From: Nocardioides sp.
Lineage (GTDB): Bacteria > Actinomycetota > Actinomycetes > Propionibacteriales > Nocardioidaceae
DNA: 64,000 nt
Assembly (NCBI RefSeq): GCF_024509035.1
Contig: NZ_JANINT010000014.1
Location: forward strand, 363 to 64,362
Direction: 5' to 3'
The notes under the pieces are model-generated. The model did not search any database. It was given only the letters and a program-made list of their open reading frames with translations, and was not told the origin of the DNA. Both the position numbers and the translations under genes were made by a program. Shown here in pieces: positions 63,664-64,000 of this stretch. Each line of letters opens with the position of its first letter. Positions within the stretch are counted from its first letter, which is position 1.

Positions 63664-64000
63664 ATGAGCGACACCAGCTTCACCCCCACCCGCGACGACC
63701 ACTTCACCTTCGGCCTGTGGACCGTCGGCTGGCAGGGCGTCGATGTCTTCGGCACGGCGATCCGTCCGGAGCTCGCGCCCGCCGAGGCCATCCACCGGCT
63801 CAGCGACCTCGGCGCCTACGGCGTGACGTTCCACGACAACGACGTCTTCCCCTTCGACGCCGACGCGGCCACCAAGGAGAAGCACCTCGCGCCGTTCCGC
63901 AAGGCGCTGGAGGAGACCGGACTCGTGGTCCCGATGGTGACCACCAACCTCTTCTCCCACCCGGTCTTCCGCGACGGCGGCTTCACCAACAACGACCGCG
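63664..64000 (+). CDS. xylA: xylose isomerase, class I (5' part; runs off right edge)
   Basis: [28 protein letters not shown]...[11 protein letters not shown]...[22 protein letters not shown]. Not in the ORF track because it lacks a stop. Confidence 0.95.
   Translation, partial: MSDTSFTPTRDDHFTFGLWTVGWQGVDVFGTAIRPELAPAEAIHRLSDLGAYGVTFHDNDVFPFDADAATKEKHLAPFRKALEETGLVVPMVTTNLFSHPVFRDGGFTNNDR

Overview
This is a very GC-rich actinobacterial chromosome segment; gene content and repeats suggest Nocardioides-like, which is an inference. Most of it is a conserved housekeeping backbone on the minus strand. In transcription order (right to left): pgsA, pdxS/pdxT, yebC, ruvCAB, yajC-secDF-apt, rel, DUF349 (plus strand), MBL hydrolase, hisS-aspS, a BldK-order oligopeptide ABC operon, rarA, alaS-ruvX-mltG-aroE-A24 peptidase-aroCKBQ, efp-nusB, and pyrR-pyrB-pyrC-carA-carB (carB partial). 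A xylose uptake/regulation cluster and partial xylA lie at the right end. Several accessory inserts interrupt this backbone. (1) About 12 kb between nusB and pyrR carries a Pseudomonas-like arcDABC arginine deiminase operon, a MinD/EspI-like ATPase, and an oxidoreductase-DUF1206-oxidoreductase trio. (2) A membrane-anchored trypsin-like protease has a cytoplasmic zinc ribbon. (3) A serine hydrolase splits pdxS from pdxT. (4) A FocA-type channel is present with no pflB nearby. (5) The most unusual feature is a ~1.3 kb cassette between yebC and ruvC. It holds an orphan AbiEi-HTH/DUF559-like nuclease gene bracketed by two related 76-nt self-complementary elements in inverted orientation, with perfect 12-bp outer inverted repeats and no transposase. 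Gene-less ~130-bp palindromic doublets and other dispersed palindromes occur at other synteny breaks, suggesting an undescribed REP-like mobile/palindrome system. No rRNA, tRNA or CRISPR array was found. All family assignments and identity counts were made by eye from motifs, not by database search.
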